A stretch of 64,000 nucleotides of DNA from positions 1 through 64,000 of the forward strand of contig JBDKUN010000056.1 in NCBI GenBank assembly GCA_039679675.1, in the 5' to 3' direction. Position 1 is the stretch's first letter, and the number at the start of each line of letters is the position of its first letter. This DNA is from Armatimonadota bacterium (GTDB taxonomy: Bacteria > Armatimonadota > UBA5829 > DTLH01). The position numbers and the translations under genes were made by a program. Shown here piece after piece: positions 50,436 through 61,267 of this stretch. The notes beneath the pieces are model-generated. The model saw only the letters and a program-made list of their open reading frames with translations, did no database searches and was not told where the DNA came from.

Positions 50436-51413
50436 GTGTCAAAGGGGAGTAAATTGGGAGAAAAACGGATTCAGTGGGAGGAGCACATACTTTCACTCCT
50501 GCTTGCGGCTGCTGCAACGTGTTATGCACTGTGGAAATTGTCCGTACTGCCAACGGATATTAACCTGGTATTAACCGCGCGTACCATAGTCAAAGTAAAC
50601 ACTTCTGCCTTTATAGCCAGGCAGCTTGCGGTTATCTGGGCCCTCCAGATCGTTTGTATCTTCCAGACCAGGCAATGGGTTGCAAGAGAGGTCAGAAAAC
50701 GGTTCAATTACTGGTATGCCGGCCTGACATCCGTGGTTATATGTATATCCTGCCAGTGCTTAACGGCTTTGTGCTGTGAAGCATCCGCTCCAAGTATCAC
50801 GGATTTGTTCATCTTTGCATTGCTCTTCGCCGTTATAATCGAAAAGAAGAGGCTTTTCGTTCCACGCGAAATCTCAAAACCCGATGATTTCATGCTGCCC
50901 GGTAATTTTCCTGCACTATATGCCGAACAGGACTGGCGCTTCGAATGGGTGCTTTTGCTGAAATGCATATCGCTGCTGCCAGCCGCTGTATTTTTTGCCA
51001 TGCATGCCATGTCATGGATTATGTGGATTCCTGGGATTCTTCCTTTCTTTCTGCTGGCCAAGATAATCCCGCCGGACTCCGTCGAGTGGCAAGTGGATAG
51101 ATACCTGATACGCTATAGAAGCAGGAGAGGAGACAAGCTCCTGGCCCAGCGGGACTGGCAAATGGACCAGATCAACTTCGTGGAGGTGCTCGACTTCGAT
51201 CCTAAGGCGGATTTCGATGATGAAGAGCCTCGGAACGGAATATCCGAAGTCTTCGAAGGAGTGCAGGGGTATTTCAACCCCAAATGCAGGCGGGGAATAG
51301 TCATAGGGACTCTTACCGGGGAGTTTTATATGCTTGGATTTATGCGGCCGCGCTATGCAGCAGCTATGATAAAGAAATTTGCCGGTATTGAGGAGCAGCT
51401 CAATGCAGACTGA
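50436..51413 (+). CDS. Hypothetical membrane protein
   Basis: 325-aa ORF with several TM segments. Confidence 0.65.
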   Translation: MSKGSKLGEKRIQWEEHILSLLLAAAATCYALWKLSVLPTDINLVLTARTIVKVNTSAFIARQLAVIWALQIVCIFQTRQWVAREVRKRFNYWYAGLTSVVICISCQCLTALCCEASAPSITDLFIFALLFAVIIEKKRLFVPREISKPDDFMLPGNFPALYAEQDWRFEWVLLLKCISLLPAAVFFAMHAMSWIMWIPGILPFFLLAKIIPPDSVEWQVDRYLIRYRSRRGDKLLAQRDWQMDQINFVEVLDFDPKADFDDEEPRNGISEVFEGVQGYFNPKCRRGIVIGTLTGEFYMLGFMRPRYAAAMIKKFAGIEEQLNAD

Positions 51414-51748
51414 TGCCTTGTACAAAAAATTACCCGCCTATCCTTGGCGGGTGTTAACGGAAAAGGCCTCACGTCTTTGGAGAAGAATGGATGCTTGTTG
51501 TATCCTGTAAATAGTAGGTGCAGAAATTGTGCCATACATGATGTAATATTTACGGGGAAATATTGCAATACGGAGCGCCGCAATAGGGCGAGCTGAGTGA
51601 GTCAGGCGCGGCGTTCCGCATTGCAAAGGTAAGCCCGCTAACCGGCAGCGACTGTCTATGCAATCCGCCATGCCGCAGCGGGCTTTATCTAATTATTTAT
51701 TACCGTACATTTGCCCGGTTTTTAGAGGTTATTTGCAAAACAGACACT

Positions 51749-52531
51749 CTATTTTGACGGACTATCTTCTTTACCGGCTGTAATCTTCTTCAAGAATGGC
51801 GTAAGAAGATCGATAGGTATCGGGAAGAGCGTTGTTGAGTTGTGTTCTGCCGCAACCTCTGTCAAAGTCTGCAGATACCTGAGCTGAAGTGCCTCTGGAT
51901 GCTGGCTGATGATGAGCGCTGCATCTGACAGCTTCTGAGCGGCTTGGAACTCGCCTTCGGCGTTGATGATTTTAGCCCGGCGCTCTCTTTCGACCTCTGC
52001 CTGCCTTGCCATCGCGCGTTTCATACTTTCCGGCAGCACAACGTCCCTGATCTCGACAGCCGTTACCTTGATTCCCCAAGGCTCAGTCTGTTCGTCGATG
52101 ATTGTTTGAAGCTGCATGTTCAGTTTGTCGCGCTGTGCGAGAAGTTCGTCCAGTTCTGACTGCCCGACAACACTCCTCAGTGTAGTCTGCGCGATCAAAT
52201 AAGTCGCTTTTACGTAGTTCTCGACTTTTATGATGGCGGACTCCGCATTGACGATCTGGAAATAGATGACTGCATCCACCGTGACCGGAACGTTGTCAGT
52301 GGTCATCATTTCCTGTTTTGCGACGTCCATTGTCACGATCCTGAGGTCCGTAACCCACAGTTTGTCGATGACAGGCCAGACGAATCTAACACCAGGGCCT
52401 TTGACCGAGTGGAACCGGCCCAATCTGAGCAGTACGCCTCTCTCCCACTCCCTGATTATTCGTATCGCGCTCAGGATTATCAGCGCAACGACAATTATTA
52501 CCAATCCCAAAAAAACTGCAGCAGGCGACAT
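51749..52531 (-). CDS. Slipin/stomatin (SPFH band-7) protein
   Basis: [53 protein letters not shown]. Confidence 0.95.
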   Translation of the reverse strand: MSPAAVFLGLVIIVVALIILSAIRIIREWERGVLLRLGRFHSVKGPGVRFVWPVIDKLWVTDLRIVTMDVAKQEMMTTDNVPVTVDAVIYFQIVNAESAIIKVENYVKATYLIAQTTLRSVVGQSELDELLAQRDKLNMQLQTIIDEQTEPWGIKVTAVEIRDVVLPESMKRAMARQAEVERERRAKIINAEGEFQAAQKLSDAALIISQHPEALQLRYLQTLTEVAAEHNSTTLFPIPIDLLTPFLKKITAGKEDSPSK

Positions 52532-53883
52532 TACTTTAGCTCCTCCTTTGATTCATTGTTTTCTTTGACGACTATCATTTTGAGGCCGTCCATACCGACA
52601 ATTCTGATTATATCTCCCTTATTGATTGGCTCGCCGGTGGTTTCGGCTGTCCACCAGGCTCCTTCCGTAAAGACCTTTCCGGTTGGGGCGATGTCGGTTT
52701 TCGCCAACAGTACCCGGCCTACGACGCCTTCTCTTCCCGTTACCACAGGGCGCCTCAATGCACGCACTCCCAACCCGACGAGGAATATAATGAACGCGGC
52801 GGTGACCAGTGTCCCAGCGATAAGGAGCGCAATGGATATTCTAAACGCAGGCGACCCGCTCCCGAAGAGTATCAACGCTCCGAAGAAGAACGCCACAATT
52901 CCTCCGATGCTCAAAACCCCGTGGCTCATGACCTTGATGTCGGCAAGCATCATTCCTACTCCAGCAACCACTAAAATAAGCCCTGAGAAGTTTACCGGCA
53001 GTATGCTGACTGAATACAGGAAAAGAACGAGCGAAACCACACCGATAACACCGGGATATGTGGCCCCAGGAGTATGTATTTCAAATATAATCCCATATAT
53101 GGCGAGAAGCAGCAGTATAAACGCAACATCCGGGTTTGCAACATAATGCAACAGCTCTTTATACCAGGGCATGTCGAATTCCACAATCGGCGCGTTCTTT
53201 ACTGCAAGTGTTACGTTTCCAGCCGCTGTTTTGACTGTCCTGCCATCGGCTTTGTTTAGCATGTCCCGCATGTCCACAGCGATGAAGTCCACGACATTCT
53301 TCTTGACGGCTTCCTCCGCTGTGATATTGGCCGATCTTCTGACGGCCGCTTCAGCCCAGTCAGCGTTTCTGCCACGCTCTTTGGCTATGGATCTGATGAA
53401 AGAGACCGAATCGTTGACGATTTTCTCTGTCATAACGTCTTTTTCAGACTCATCCCCGCCTTGTTGGCTTTTTTGAGGGTCTCCAAGAGAGAGTGTGCTG
53501 ACTGGGTGGGCCGATCCGATCCTGGTATCCGGTGCCATAACGGCGACATTCGCCGCAAGCGTGATGAATGTCCCTGCTGATGCTGCCCGTGCTGTTCGGG
53601 GATACACATAGACGATCACAGGCACGCGCGATTCCAGCATCGCTCTTACTATATCAGTGGTGGACGTAAGGAGCCCGCCCGGCGTGTCCATTTGAATGAC
53701 TACTGCGGCAGCCCGTTCATTCTCGGCTCTCTTTATACCGGATACGATATACTGGGCCATTGTGGGCTCAATGGAGCTGTCGAGTTTGAGCACATGGACC
53801 GGCGCGTTAGCTGCATTTACCGGTAGAGCCGGAGCGATAATTGCAAGTGCGAGAATTCCCAGAATAAGCAATCGAGGTTTCAT
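52531..53883 (-). CDS. nfeD: NfeD-family membrane serine protease (long form)
   Basis: [31 protein letters not shown] bundle, C-terminal OB fold; overlaps slipin. Confidence 0.93.
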   Translation of the reverse strand: MKPRLLILGILALAIIAPALPVNAANAPVHVLKLDSSIEPTMAQYIVSGIKRAENERAAAVVIQMDTPGGLLTSTTDIVRAMLESRVPVIVYVYPRTARAASAGTFITLAANVAVMAPDTRIGSAHPVSTLSLGDPQKSQQGGDESEKDVMTEKIVNDSVSFIRSIAKERGRNADWAEAAVRRSANITAEEAVKKNVVDFIAVDMRDMLNKADGRTVKTAAGNVTLAVKNAPIVEFDMPWYKELLHYVANPDVAFILLLLAIYGIIFEIHTPGATYPGVIGVVSLVLFLYSVSILPVNFSGLILVVAGVGMMLADIKVMSHGVLSIGGIVAFFFGALILFGSGSPAFRISIALLIAGTLVTAAFIIFLVGLGVRALRRPVVTGREGVVGRVLLAKTDIAPTGKVFTEGAWWTAETTGEPINKGDIIRIVGMDGLKMIVVKENNESKEELK

Positions 53884-54341
53884 AACATCACCTGTTGATT
53901 TTAGACTGTTTTCTTAATAACCAATCGTATACCAACTATTGCCGGTAATTTGCAACTACGCACAAGTGCTATTGATACGTTCTATGTTCAATTAGCCGCA
54001 GTCCAGCCAATTTCCTTCAAGAATAGAATCTCTTTTTGATCAATCTTTGAGTTTAGCGCCTTAGCTCACGGGGAAGTAGTATAAATAGCCCGTAAACCAG
54101 GCAGGCTGGCTGCAGGGTTTTGGCAAGTGACTTATCGAGTATCAAACATCAGTTTCAGCCAAAACTCCTTATTACGCGAAACTCTTTAGATTATTTTCCA
54201 AATATTTTACGGATGGAGGTAATCAGGTAAGCCTGCCTGCGTCAGTAGCTAATGAAAAGCTTAGCGAGCAAGCTCAGTCGTTAGGCTTAAAAAGCGGCTA
54301 TCGCGCTCAAGACGGACAGGTGGGAAAGGAGGTGAAAAACC

Positions 54342-54446
54342 TTGAATGGCCTGAAGAACCGTCGGGCGATAGTAATAGGCTTGGAGGAAAAAAAGATGTA
54401 TCGAGTCGATGTAACGGGTAGGAAACTTTGGATACTGGCCGTGTAA
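54342..54446 (+). CDS. Putative 34-aa upstream ORF in the SLH-porin leader
   Basis: AAGGAGGTGA SD then TTG; MNGLKNRRAIVIGLEEKKMYRVDVTGRKLWILAV*. Confidence 0.45.
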   Translation: MNGLKNRRAIVIGLEEKKMYRVDVTGRKLWILAV

Positions 54447-54504
54447 GACTCAAAAACGCTGCAAACCTCCAGCCAAGTCGAAGAGACATTCAAGGAGGAA
54501 GATA

Positions 54505-56445
54505 ATGAAGAAAGTTTTACTTGGCGTATTCGTCTTGGGTCTTATGCTTGTAGCATCATACGCATTTGCCCAGGGACCTTTCGCCGATGTTCCTACAGAT
54601 CATTGGGCATACGATGCAGTCAATGAGCTGCAGGAAGCCGGGATAGTTATTGGTTATCCTGATGGCACATTTGGTGGCCGCAGGGCTATGACTCGCTATG
54701 AGTTCGCAGTCGCTGTTGCCAGAATGATTCCTGTAATCGAGCAGAAAGTCACGGAGTCAGTAACACAGACCCCTGGCGTGACAGCCGATCAGTTAAACAA
54801 GCTCGATCAGCGCGTAACCGCGCTGGAGCAGAAGCCCGCTGCCGCTGCTGGAGTTACACAGGAGCAGCTTGCTTCCATCCAGAGGCTGGTAAACGAGTTC
54901 CGTGATGAGCTCGCAGCCCTCGGCGTTGACGTTGATACTCTCAAGAGAGACGTTGCTTCACTCGCAGCTCGCGTTGATGCAATCGAGAAAGAGCAGCAGA
55001 GAGTAAAGATCACAGGCGAGCTCGATCCGTTCGCAATCGCAACGAGCGTTGATACCAACACTCCGTTCGATCGGGACGGCCGCGCACTCCAGCCCGAAGG
55101 CCCTGCAGCCGGCGACCTGGTCAACTCAATTGACTTTGTCCGCAACATGGACCTGGGGATCAATGGTAGTCTTGCTCCGTCAGTCAACGTAGTTGCCGAT
55201 ATCAACTATGGCAACTATATCCCGACATACCTTGGCGGTGTAGTGACCGACTATACCGGCACAGTCCGACCGGACAACGTAGCTGGCGATGACTTCTTCC
55301 CGTACTATATGTACGCGCAGGCAGGGTTAGGCAAGGGTGCCCTCAAAGTAGGACGAATCCCCGTACAGTACACACCCTACACTATGAAGAAGATCGATGT
55401 TGACAGCTATACCAACATCAAGGTCACAGATTCCGGCGATTACCCGCTTGACGGCGCAGCAATGGCCTGGAAATTCGGCAACGTTAGCGTAAACTCGTTC
55501 GCAGCCAAGACAAACAACAACAGCGTTCTCGGTGCAGGACTTGTTTCCCAGCCGACAATCGCTCTCTATGATGACGTAGCACCGTTCCCGACAATAGTCT
55601 CTGGTGCTCCGTTCAACGTAGCCGGTGGACACGCTGCTGGTGGTCTTACGACCATCAACCAGGCAGCTGGCACACAGGTAAGATTCGGCACACCGTTCCA
55701 GGGCAACCTGGGCGTGACCTTCATTGAAGCAGTTGGACCTGTTGCAACAACAGCTACAGTTGGTGCTGCAACTTCATACGACACCGTTGATATACTTGGT
55801 GCCGATGGTAAATGGCAGTTCGGTAAGTTCATGGTTGGTGCTGAGTACGCTCAGACCAAGACAACCGGCGATGCCGGTGTTGCCGACGTCGATGACAACA
55901 ATACAGCAATCGATGCCAACGTAGGCTTCGGCGCTGGCAAGCTCGGCGTCAAACTCGGCTGGAAACAGGTCGAGAACAACTTCACCGCTCCTGGTTATTG
56001 GGACAAGATCGGTATGTGGACCAACCCGACAAACGTCGAGGGCCCATATCTTAACCTTGGTTACCCGATTATGCCGAACCTGAACCTAGTTGCTAACGCA
56101 GCCTTCTATTCAGGTGCCAACGATCTGCCGACGTCTTTAGTTCCCGCCGTTATCAATACAACTGATGACGATCTGTGGAAGGCTGACCTCGGACTTCGCT
56201 GGGGTATCTCAACTGCGAACTCACTTAACCTCGGTTATGAGTACGTAAAATGGGAACCGGATGGTGCAGACAACACCAAAGAGACATACCTGACACTCGG
56301 TTGGGGTTTCCAGATCAATCCGAGCGCCGGTTTGAATATCGGCTACCAGATAATCGACTACAGCCCGGATGGGACAGTATGTCCTTACGGCACAGCCGAT
56401 TACAAGGGCTCGGTTGCAGTCGCTCAGTTCAAGGCTAGATTCTAG
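54505..56445 (+). CDS. SLH-domain outer-membrane porin/tether (OmpM-like)
   Basis: Signal peptide, FADVPTDHWAY...GYPDGTF...TRYEFA SLH, coiled-coil stalk (EFRDEL..LGV), beta-strand-rich body, terminal Phe; strongly biased codon usage. Confidence 0.9.
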   Translation: MKKVLLGVFVLGLMLVASYAFAQGPFADVPTDHWAYDAVNELQEAGIVIGYPDGTFGGRRAMTRYEFAVAVARMIPVIEQKVTESVTQTPGVTADQLNKLDQRVTALEQKPAAAAGVTQEQLASIQRLVNEFRDELAALGVDVDTLKRDVASLAARVDAIEKEQQRVKITGELDPFAIATSVDTNTPFDRDGRALQPEGPAAGDLVNSIDFVRNMDLGINGSLAPSVNVVADINYGNYIPTYLGGVVTDYTGTVRPDNVAGDDFFPYYMYAQAGLGKGALKVGRIPVQYTPYTMKKIDVDSYTNIKVTDSGDYPLDGAAMAWKFGNVSVNSFAAKTNNNSVLGAGLVSQPTIALYDDVAPFPTIVSGAPFNVAGGHAAGGLTTINQAAGTQVRFGTPFQGNLGVTFIEAVGPVATTATVGAATSYDTVDILGADGKWQFGKFMVGAEYAQTKTTGDAGVADVDDNNTAIDANVGFGAGKLGVKLGWKQVENNFTAPGYWDKIGMWTNPTNVEGPYLNLGYPIMPNLNLVANAAFYSGANDLPTSLVPAVINTTDDDLWKADLGLRWGISTANSLNLGYEYVKWEPDGADNTKETYLTLGWGFQINPSAGLNIGYQIIDYSPDGTVCPYGTADYKGSVAVAQFKARF

Positions 56446-56476
56446 TCTGAATATCGACTGATTAACTGAAAAAACG

Positions 56477-56512
56477 AAAGGCCCCCGCGGCGTAAGCTGC
56501 GGGGGCTTTTTG
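56477..56512. terminator. Strong intrinsic terminator
   Basis: AAAGGCCCCCGCGGC-GTAA-GCTGCGGGGGCTTTTT. Confidence 0.9.
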
Positions 56513-56541
56513 CACATTTTACAATAAAAAAGGGTTGGTTA

Positions 56542-56576
56542 CGTATGCCGAACGGCACGTACGGTGATGCGAGAGG
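56542..56576 (+). mobile_element. Group II intron domain V relic (class C/IIC-like)
   Basis: CGTATGCCGAACGGCACGTACGGTGATGCGAGAGG resembles the D5/D6-start consensus; no RT ORF. Confidence 0.7.
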
Positions 56577-56644
56577 TGAACCTAATAGTGCTTAGTAAAG
56601 TTGATTATGTCATTTAGCCCATGTTTTCTACGAACAATAACGGG

Positions 56645-58135
56645 CTAGTTGGCTGTTATGTGCTTCTTTGCCTCTGTAAGGAATATGTCAGCATCTTCTT
56701 TTTCAGAGGTTTTGTTGGTTTCGAGGTATCTGAGCATGCTTGCGCAGGATTGGGAAAGCAGACTGCAGCCAAGCACCCGGTGGCGATTTATGGATACCCG
56801 GTCTTCAGGAGGTGTAAGCGCTTGAAGTAAGGCACTGATCGACTGCGCGCGTTTGCTGAGGTCCTGCACCTGGTTATAATACGCTTCTCTGGTGGTCTCT
56901 TTCTGGGAGAACGATGTATACCCGTTATCGAGCTGAGTCAGAATATCGTTCAGATCCTTCTCGGCAATACTCATAAACCGCGGATAATATGTGTCCGTGA
57001 AAACCTTAAGTTCCGCGTTGGAGCTGATTTTCTGCATCTGGCCGAGTCCCTTCAGACTTTCGCCGTACATCGATCTTGATGCAAATAAGAGCGACAGCCG
57101 TGCATAGGGTGAAGGATTTGTTTCATCTATTTGCGCCGCAATCCTGTATTGTTTCTCTGCCTCATCGAATTTTCCAATCTGCCACTGGTAATCTCCGGCT
57201 TTTATACGCGCGTCGATGTCGTTCGGGTTCTTTTCGGCCACATTGGTGTAAATCTCAGCGGCTTTCTCAGGGGTTCCGCGTTTTTCGTAGACATGCGCCA
57301 ACTCCGCGCGTAGCGCTTCATTCTCCGGATCGATCAGCTTGGCGCGTTCCACCTCGTCGAGTGCCTGTGAAAACATCTTGCGCTCCGTATAGAGCCGGAT
57401 GAGCTTTATCCTGATATCGACATTTCGGGGGTCTGCATTTACGGCGTCACGGTATGTGAGGATTGCATTAGCCAGATCATCATCTTTGACGAACTGCCCG
57501 GCCTTACTTAAGAGCGTTTCAACTTCCACATTTTTCGGCTGATTATAGGCGGGCTCGACCAATGGAGCATTCGGACCTTCATCAGTGGGCTGAACAGCCG
57601 CCAACCCGGCTTTTACATCTTTCAGCGCTTCTTCCGAGAGCTTATAGATGATGGAACTTGTCGCGGACTGGATTGCATTGGATATCGCGCGATCGCGGTT
57701 GCTGTTGAGCGATATTCCTGCCCATGCCTGGAAATGCATGAATTTTTCCGTCTTTGTCTTTGCTATCCATACATTTACTGTGACCTTGTCTTCTGTAACG
57801 AGAACATCACCGGAGAGAACAAGATCGGTTCCTATCAGGCCGGCAAGCTGCAGCTTGGCCTCTGGAGTAGTGGCTTTGCCCATGTCTTCTGCCTTGATCC
57901 GGTGTTCCATGATTGCACGCTCGACCAGCGGGGAATCGGGTTGAAAATCGGCGATATCAGCTTTTCCGATCTGCCGCATGTAGGTCTTGATCGCTTGAGT
58001 CGTTTCGACCGCACAGATCTGGCTGGTGCCCTTATCCGGAGTCACGGGGAAAAGGAGCGCTATAGGCGGACTATCAGCAGCCTGAAGCGCTGTGCAGAGG
58101 ATCAGAAGTAAAACCAAAATGACTAGCCTGTTCAT
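56645..58135 (-). CDS. Exported TPR protein
   Basis: Signal peptide, N-terminal CsgG/TolB-N-like segment, tandem TPRs (ADPRN, IDPEN, KNPND). Confidence 0.85.
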   Translation of the reverse strand: MNRLVILVLLLILCTALQAADSPPIALLFPVTPDKGTSQICAVETTQAIKTYMRQIGKADIADFQPDSPLVERAIMEHRIKAEDMGKATTPEAKLQLAGLIGTDLVLSGDVLVTEDKVTVNVWIAKTKTEKFMHFQAWAGISLNSNRDRAISNAIQSATSSIIYKLSEEALKDVKAGLAAVQPTDEGPNAPLVEPAYNQPKNVEVETLLSKAGQFVKDDDLANAILTYRDAVNADPRNVDIRIKLIRLYTERKMFSQALDEVERAKLIDPENEALRAELAHVYEKRGTPEKAAEIYTNVAEKNPNDIDARIKAGDYQWQIGKFDEAEKQYRIAAQIDETNPSPYARLSLLFASRSMYGESLKGLGQMQKISSNAELKVFTDTYYPRFMSIAEKDLNDILTQLDNGYTSFSQKETTREAYYNQVQDLSKRAQSISALLQALTPPEDRVSINRHRVLGCSLLSQSCASMLRYLETNKTSEKEDADIFLTEAKKHITAN

Positions 58136-58140
58136 AATAA

Positions 58141-59343
58141 CTATCTTCTCGAAAGGTCGTCGATATACAGCTTGCAGGTCTCGATTGCGCGATTTGCTGC
58201 GTCGACATCGATACCGGCGGCTTTTTGCGCCATATAAAGCTGGACCGCGCGCTGAAATTGAGTGATAGCAGCATCTTTTTTAGCAAGGTTGTAATAACAC
58301 ATCCCCAGCTTCTGATGATTCTCGGCCGTATCTTCCCCATTTGCAATAGTCTGCTGGTAAAGCTCGGCTGCGGACTGGTAATCCCCTCTCATGTAAGCGG
58401 TGCGGGCACTTTCGGCAGGCTTGCGGTTCGATGCCGGAGCAGGTGAATGAGAAGGCTGCGCCTGTTTTGGCTGGCTTTTGGATTGGGGCTTGGTTACGGG
58501 ATACGGAGTAAGCGCCGGTACAGTCGATGGCAAAGCAGATGGCTGTGATGGCTGTATCTGTTGATTGTAACCTTGCGTTGTGCGCGGCTCCTGCGTTCCG
58601 GTATTTGACTGCTGTGGATCATAACTCCAGGCAGGAGGCAGTGATGAAGACGGCGATTTTGTCTGCGATTGATACTGCTGCCCATAAGGCGCAGGCAGTT
58701 GGTTGCTGCTCGCGGCCTGCTGGGGCGCAGGGTTTTTCACCAGCCGTTCTCCCTTGCTCCCGCCTCTGGCTAATACTATTATCACCAGGATAACGAAAAT
58801 GATAATAACCGTTCCTGCTCCCGCCACCCAGGGGGTCGGCAGTTTCCTGATATAGGCCAAAAACTGCGGGAGGAACGGAGTATGTCTCGTTTTTGCGAAC
58901 TCATTCAGACCGTCGACTTTTGCGCACAGCTCTTCAAGCTTGCCGCGGTCCGCGACGCTGTCTTTATTTGCATCTAGCACCCATTCTACCTGCCGGATTG
59001 CCGCGCGCAGGCAGTCTTCGGCATCGTCTTTATTGCCGTGCTCAATCTGCTGGTCAGCTTTCTTCTCGTAAATAAGGGCAAGAAGCGAATGAGCGGAAGA
59101 ACTCTTCGGGTTTACGCCGAGCGACTCCTTGCACTTGGCAAAAGCCGATTCGAGCATGCCGCTTTCGTACAACTTCAGGGTCTCATAAAGCAGATCAGAA
59201 GCAGTGGCCTCGTCCGGCGTCTGAGACTGTTCCTCACTGGACTCAGGTTCGACATTCAACCCTTCGATTGCAAGCCTTTTGCCGCATTCACGGCAGAACT
59301 TACTGCTTTCCGAATTTTGTGTGCCACAACGGGTACAGATCAA
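58141..59343 (-). CDS. Zinc-ribbon + TPR membrane protein
   Basis: CTRCG..N....KFCRECG, TPRs, one TM, P/Q-rich linker, C-terminal TPR. Confidence 0.85.
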   Translation of the reverse strand: MICTRCGTQNSESSKFCRECGKRLAIEGLNVEPESSEEQSQTPDEATASDLLYETLKLYESGMLESAFAKCKESLGVNPKSSSAHSLLALIYEKKADQQIEHGNKDDAEDCLRAAIRQVEWVLDANKDSVADRGKLEELCAKVDGLNEFAKTRHTPFLPQFLAYIRKLPTPWVAGAGTVIIIFVILVIIVLARGGSKGERLVKNPAPQQAASSNQLPAPYGQQYQSQTKSPSSSLPPAWSYDPQQSNTGTQEPRTTQGYNQQIQPSQPSALPSTVPALTPYPVTKPQSKSQPKQAQPSHSPAPASNRKPAESARTAYMRGDYQSAAELYQQTIANGEDTAENHQKLGMCYYNLAKKDAAITQFQRAVQLYMAQKAAGIDVDAANRAIETCKLYIDDLSRR

Positions 59344-59382
59344 CTTTAATCAACTCCAAATAGTAAGCGATAAAGCTTATTT

Positions 59383-59578
59383 ATCACGAAAACACGAAAG
59401 GGAGAAAGGGATTAATAGGTGGATAATCGTGCTTCTCCCCGTGGTCCGGTAGGTCCACGGGGTTGGACGAACTGCGGTCCCGAAGCCTAAGGTATGTCAT
59501 TTTTCGTTGTTTCGGGACACCCTGTCCCGAAACCAGCCTCTCAATTCTCTTGTTCCCTATTCCGTGCTTTCGTGATTA
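59383..59578. repeat. MITE-like element with imperfect terminal inverted repeats
   Basis: ATCACGAAAACACGAAA...(reverse complement) ATCACGAAAGCACGGAA; internal hairpins CCGTGG..CCACGG and TTTCGGGACA..TGTCCCGAAA. Confidence 0.55.
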
Positions 59579-59585
59579 AGTTCGT

Positions 59586-60611
59586 TTACTCTATCAGCAC
59601 CGACTGAGCTCGGTTAAACGGTATGCCTAAATGCACATAAGCGAGCCTCGTAGCTACCCGCCCGCGCGGTGTCCGCTGAAGGAACCCGATCTGCAGCAGG
59701 TACGGCTCATAAACGTCCTCTATGGTATCGCGTTCCTCGCCTATTGCCGCCGCTATTGTCTCGATTCCGACAGGACCGCCGTCGAATTTCTCGATGATCG
59801 TCCCAAGGAACTTGCGGTCGAGGCTGTCCAGCCCTTTTGAATCGACTTCCAGCAGTTCGAGCGCTCTGTCGGCGACATCCTTGGTAATTATCCCATCCGC
59901 CCGTACCTGGGCGTAGTCACGCACCCGCTTAAGCAGCCGGTTCGTTATCCTGGGTGTCCCTCTGGACCGCCTTGCGATCTCAAGTGCGCCGTTCGGGTCT
60001 GCTTCTATGTTAAGAATACGGGCTGAACGTACCGCAATCTCCTTCAAGTCCTGATCATTGTAGAACTCAAGGTAATGGATGATCCCGAACCGCTCGCGGA
60101 GCGGCGATGTTATGAGCCCTGCGCGGGTTGTCGCTCCGATGAGCGTGTATTTCGGCAGGTCCAGCTTGAGAGTCCTGGCGCTCGGGCCTTTTCCTATGAT
60201 CAAGTCGAGCTGATAGTCCTCAAGAGCCGGATAGAGTATCTCCTCCACGGCTCTGTTCAGCCTGTGAATCTCATCCACAAAGAGCACGCTTCCCGGTTCA
60301 AGGTTAGTCAGGATCGCTGCGAGGTCGCCGGGGCGCTCTATGGCCGGTCCCGATGTTGTCCTGATCGGCGCATCCATCTCATTTGCGATAATATTCGCAA
60401 GCGTCGTTTTCCCAAGCCCCGGAGGGCCGTAGAGTAGCACGTGGTCCAGCGGCTCGCTGCGCTTTCTGGCGGCCTCTATGCAGACCCACAGGTTCTCTTT
60501 TACTTTATTTTGTCCTATATATTCATCAAGCCGCCTGGGACGAAGCGAGTATTCGATCTCGAAATCTTCTTCGCGCACTCCCTGTGTGACGACTCGGTCG
60601 TTTGTTTCCAT
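59586..60611 (-). CDS. ruvB: Holliday junction branch-migration helicase RuvB
   Basis: [48 protein letters not shown]. Confidence 0.98.
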   Translation of the reverse strand: METNDRVVTQGVREEDFEIEYSLRPRRLDEYIGQNKVKENLWVCIEAARKRSEPLDHVLLYGPPGLGKTTLANIIANEMDAPIRTTSGPAIERPGDLAAILTNLEPGSVLFVDEIHRLNRAVEEILYPALEDYQLDLIIGKGPSARTLKLDLPKYTLIGATTRAGLITSPLRERFGIIHYLEFYNDQDLKEIAVRSARILNIEADPNGALEIARRSRGTPRITNRLLKRVRDYAQVRADGIITKDVADRALELLEVDSKGLDSLDRKFLGTIIEKFDGGPVGIETIAAAIGEERDTIEDVYEPYLLQIGFLQRTPRGRVATRLAYVHLGIPFNRAQSVLIE

Positions 60612-60622
60612 TGTTCTTTTCT

Positions 60623-61222
60623 CTACTGCGTAAGCTGGCGAAGCGCTAGTTTCAGCACTTCGGAAGTATCTTTCTTGTTCTTAGCCGACTTGAGGGCGTC
60701 TTCGGTCGCTCTTCTCGCAGCCTGACGGTCATAACCGAGCGCTACGAGTCCTTCGACCACATCCTGAAGCACGGCATGCTCTGCCGGAGCGGCTTTTCTG
60801 GCCCGTTCCGCCCAGGCAAGCGTAGTTATCTTCTCCTTGAGCTCCAGCGCGATCCGCTGGGCCATCTTGTTTCCGACACCGGGCACCCGGTTCAAGGACG
60901 CATAATCGTCCCGGGATATTGCCCCTACTATTTCTTCGACTTGCAGCACCGATAAAATGTTCAGTGCCACTTTGGGCCCCACGCCCGTGACGGTCAGGAG
61001 CAGCTCGAACATATTCTGCTCATCGCTCTCTCTGAACCCATAGAGCGTGATCGCATCTTCCTTCACATTAGTATACGTAAACAGCTTGACTTTGGCTCCC
61101 GGCTGAGGCATCTCTGCAATCACCGAAAGCGGAGTGTATACTTTATATCCGACTCCGCCCACATCGATTACGACATAGTCGGCCTCGACCCTCGCCAGTT
61201 CACCTATTACGTGTGCTATCAT
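60623..61222 (-). CDS. ruvA: Holliday junction DNA-binding protein RuvA
   Basis: GGVGY, VKED...[28 protein letters not shown]. Confidence 0.97.
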   Translation of the reverse strand: MIAHVIGELARVEADYVVIDVGGVGYKVYTPLSVIAEMPQPGAKVKLFTYTNVKEDAITLYGFRESDEQNMFELLLTVTGVGPKVALNILSVLQVEEIVGAISRDDYASLNRVPGVGNKMAQRIALELKEKITTLAWAERARKAAPAEHAVLQDVVEGLVALGYDRQAARRATEDALKSAKNKKDTSEVLKLALRQLTQ

Positions 61223-61267
61223 TTCAGTTAACAGCTGAGAGCTTATAGCCGCCAGCCGGTCCTTTTC

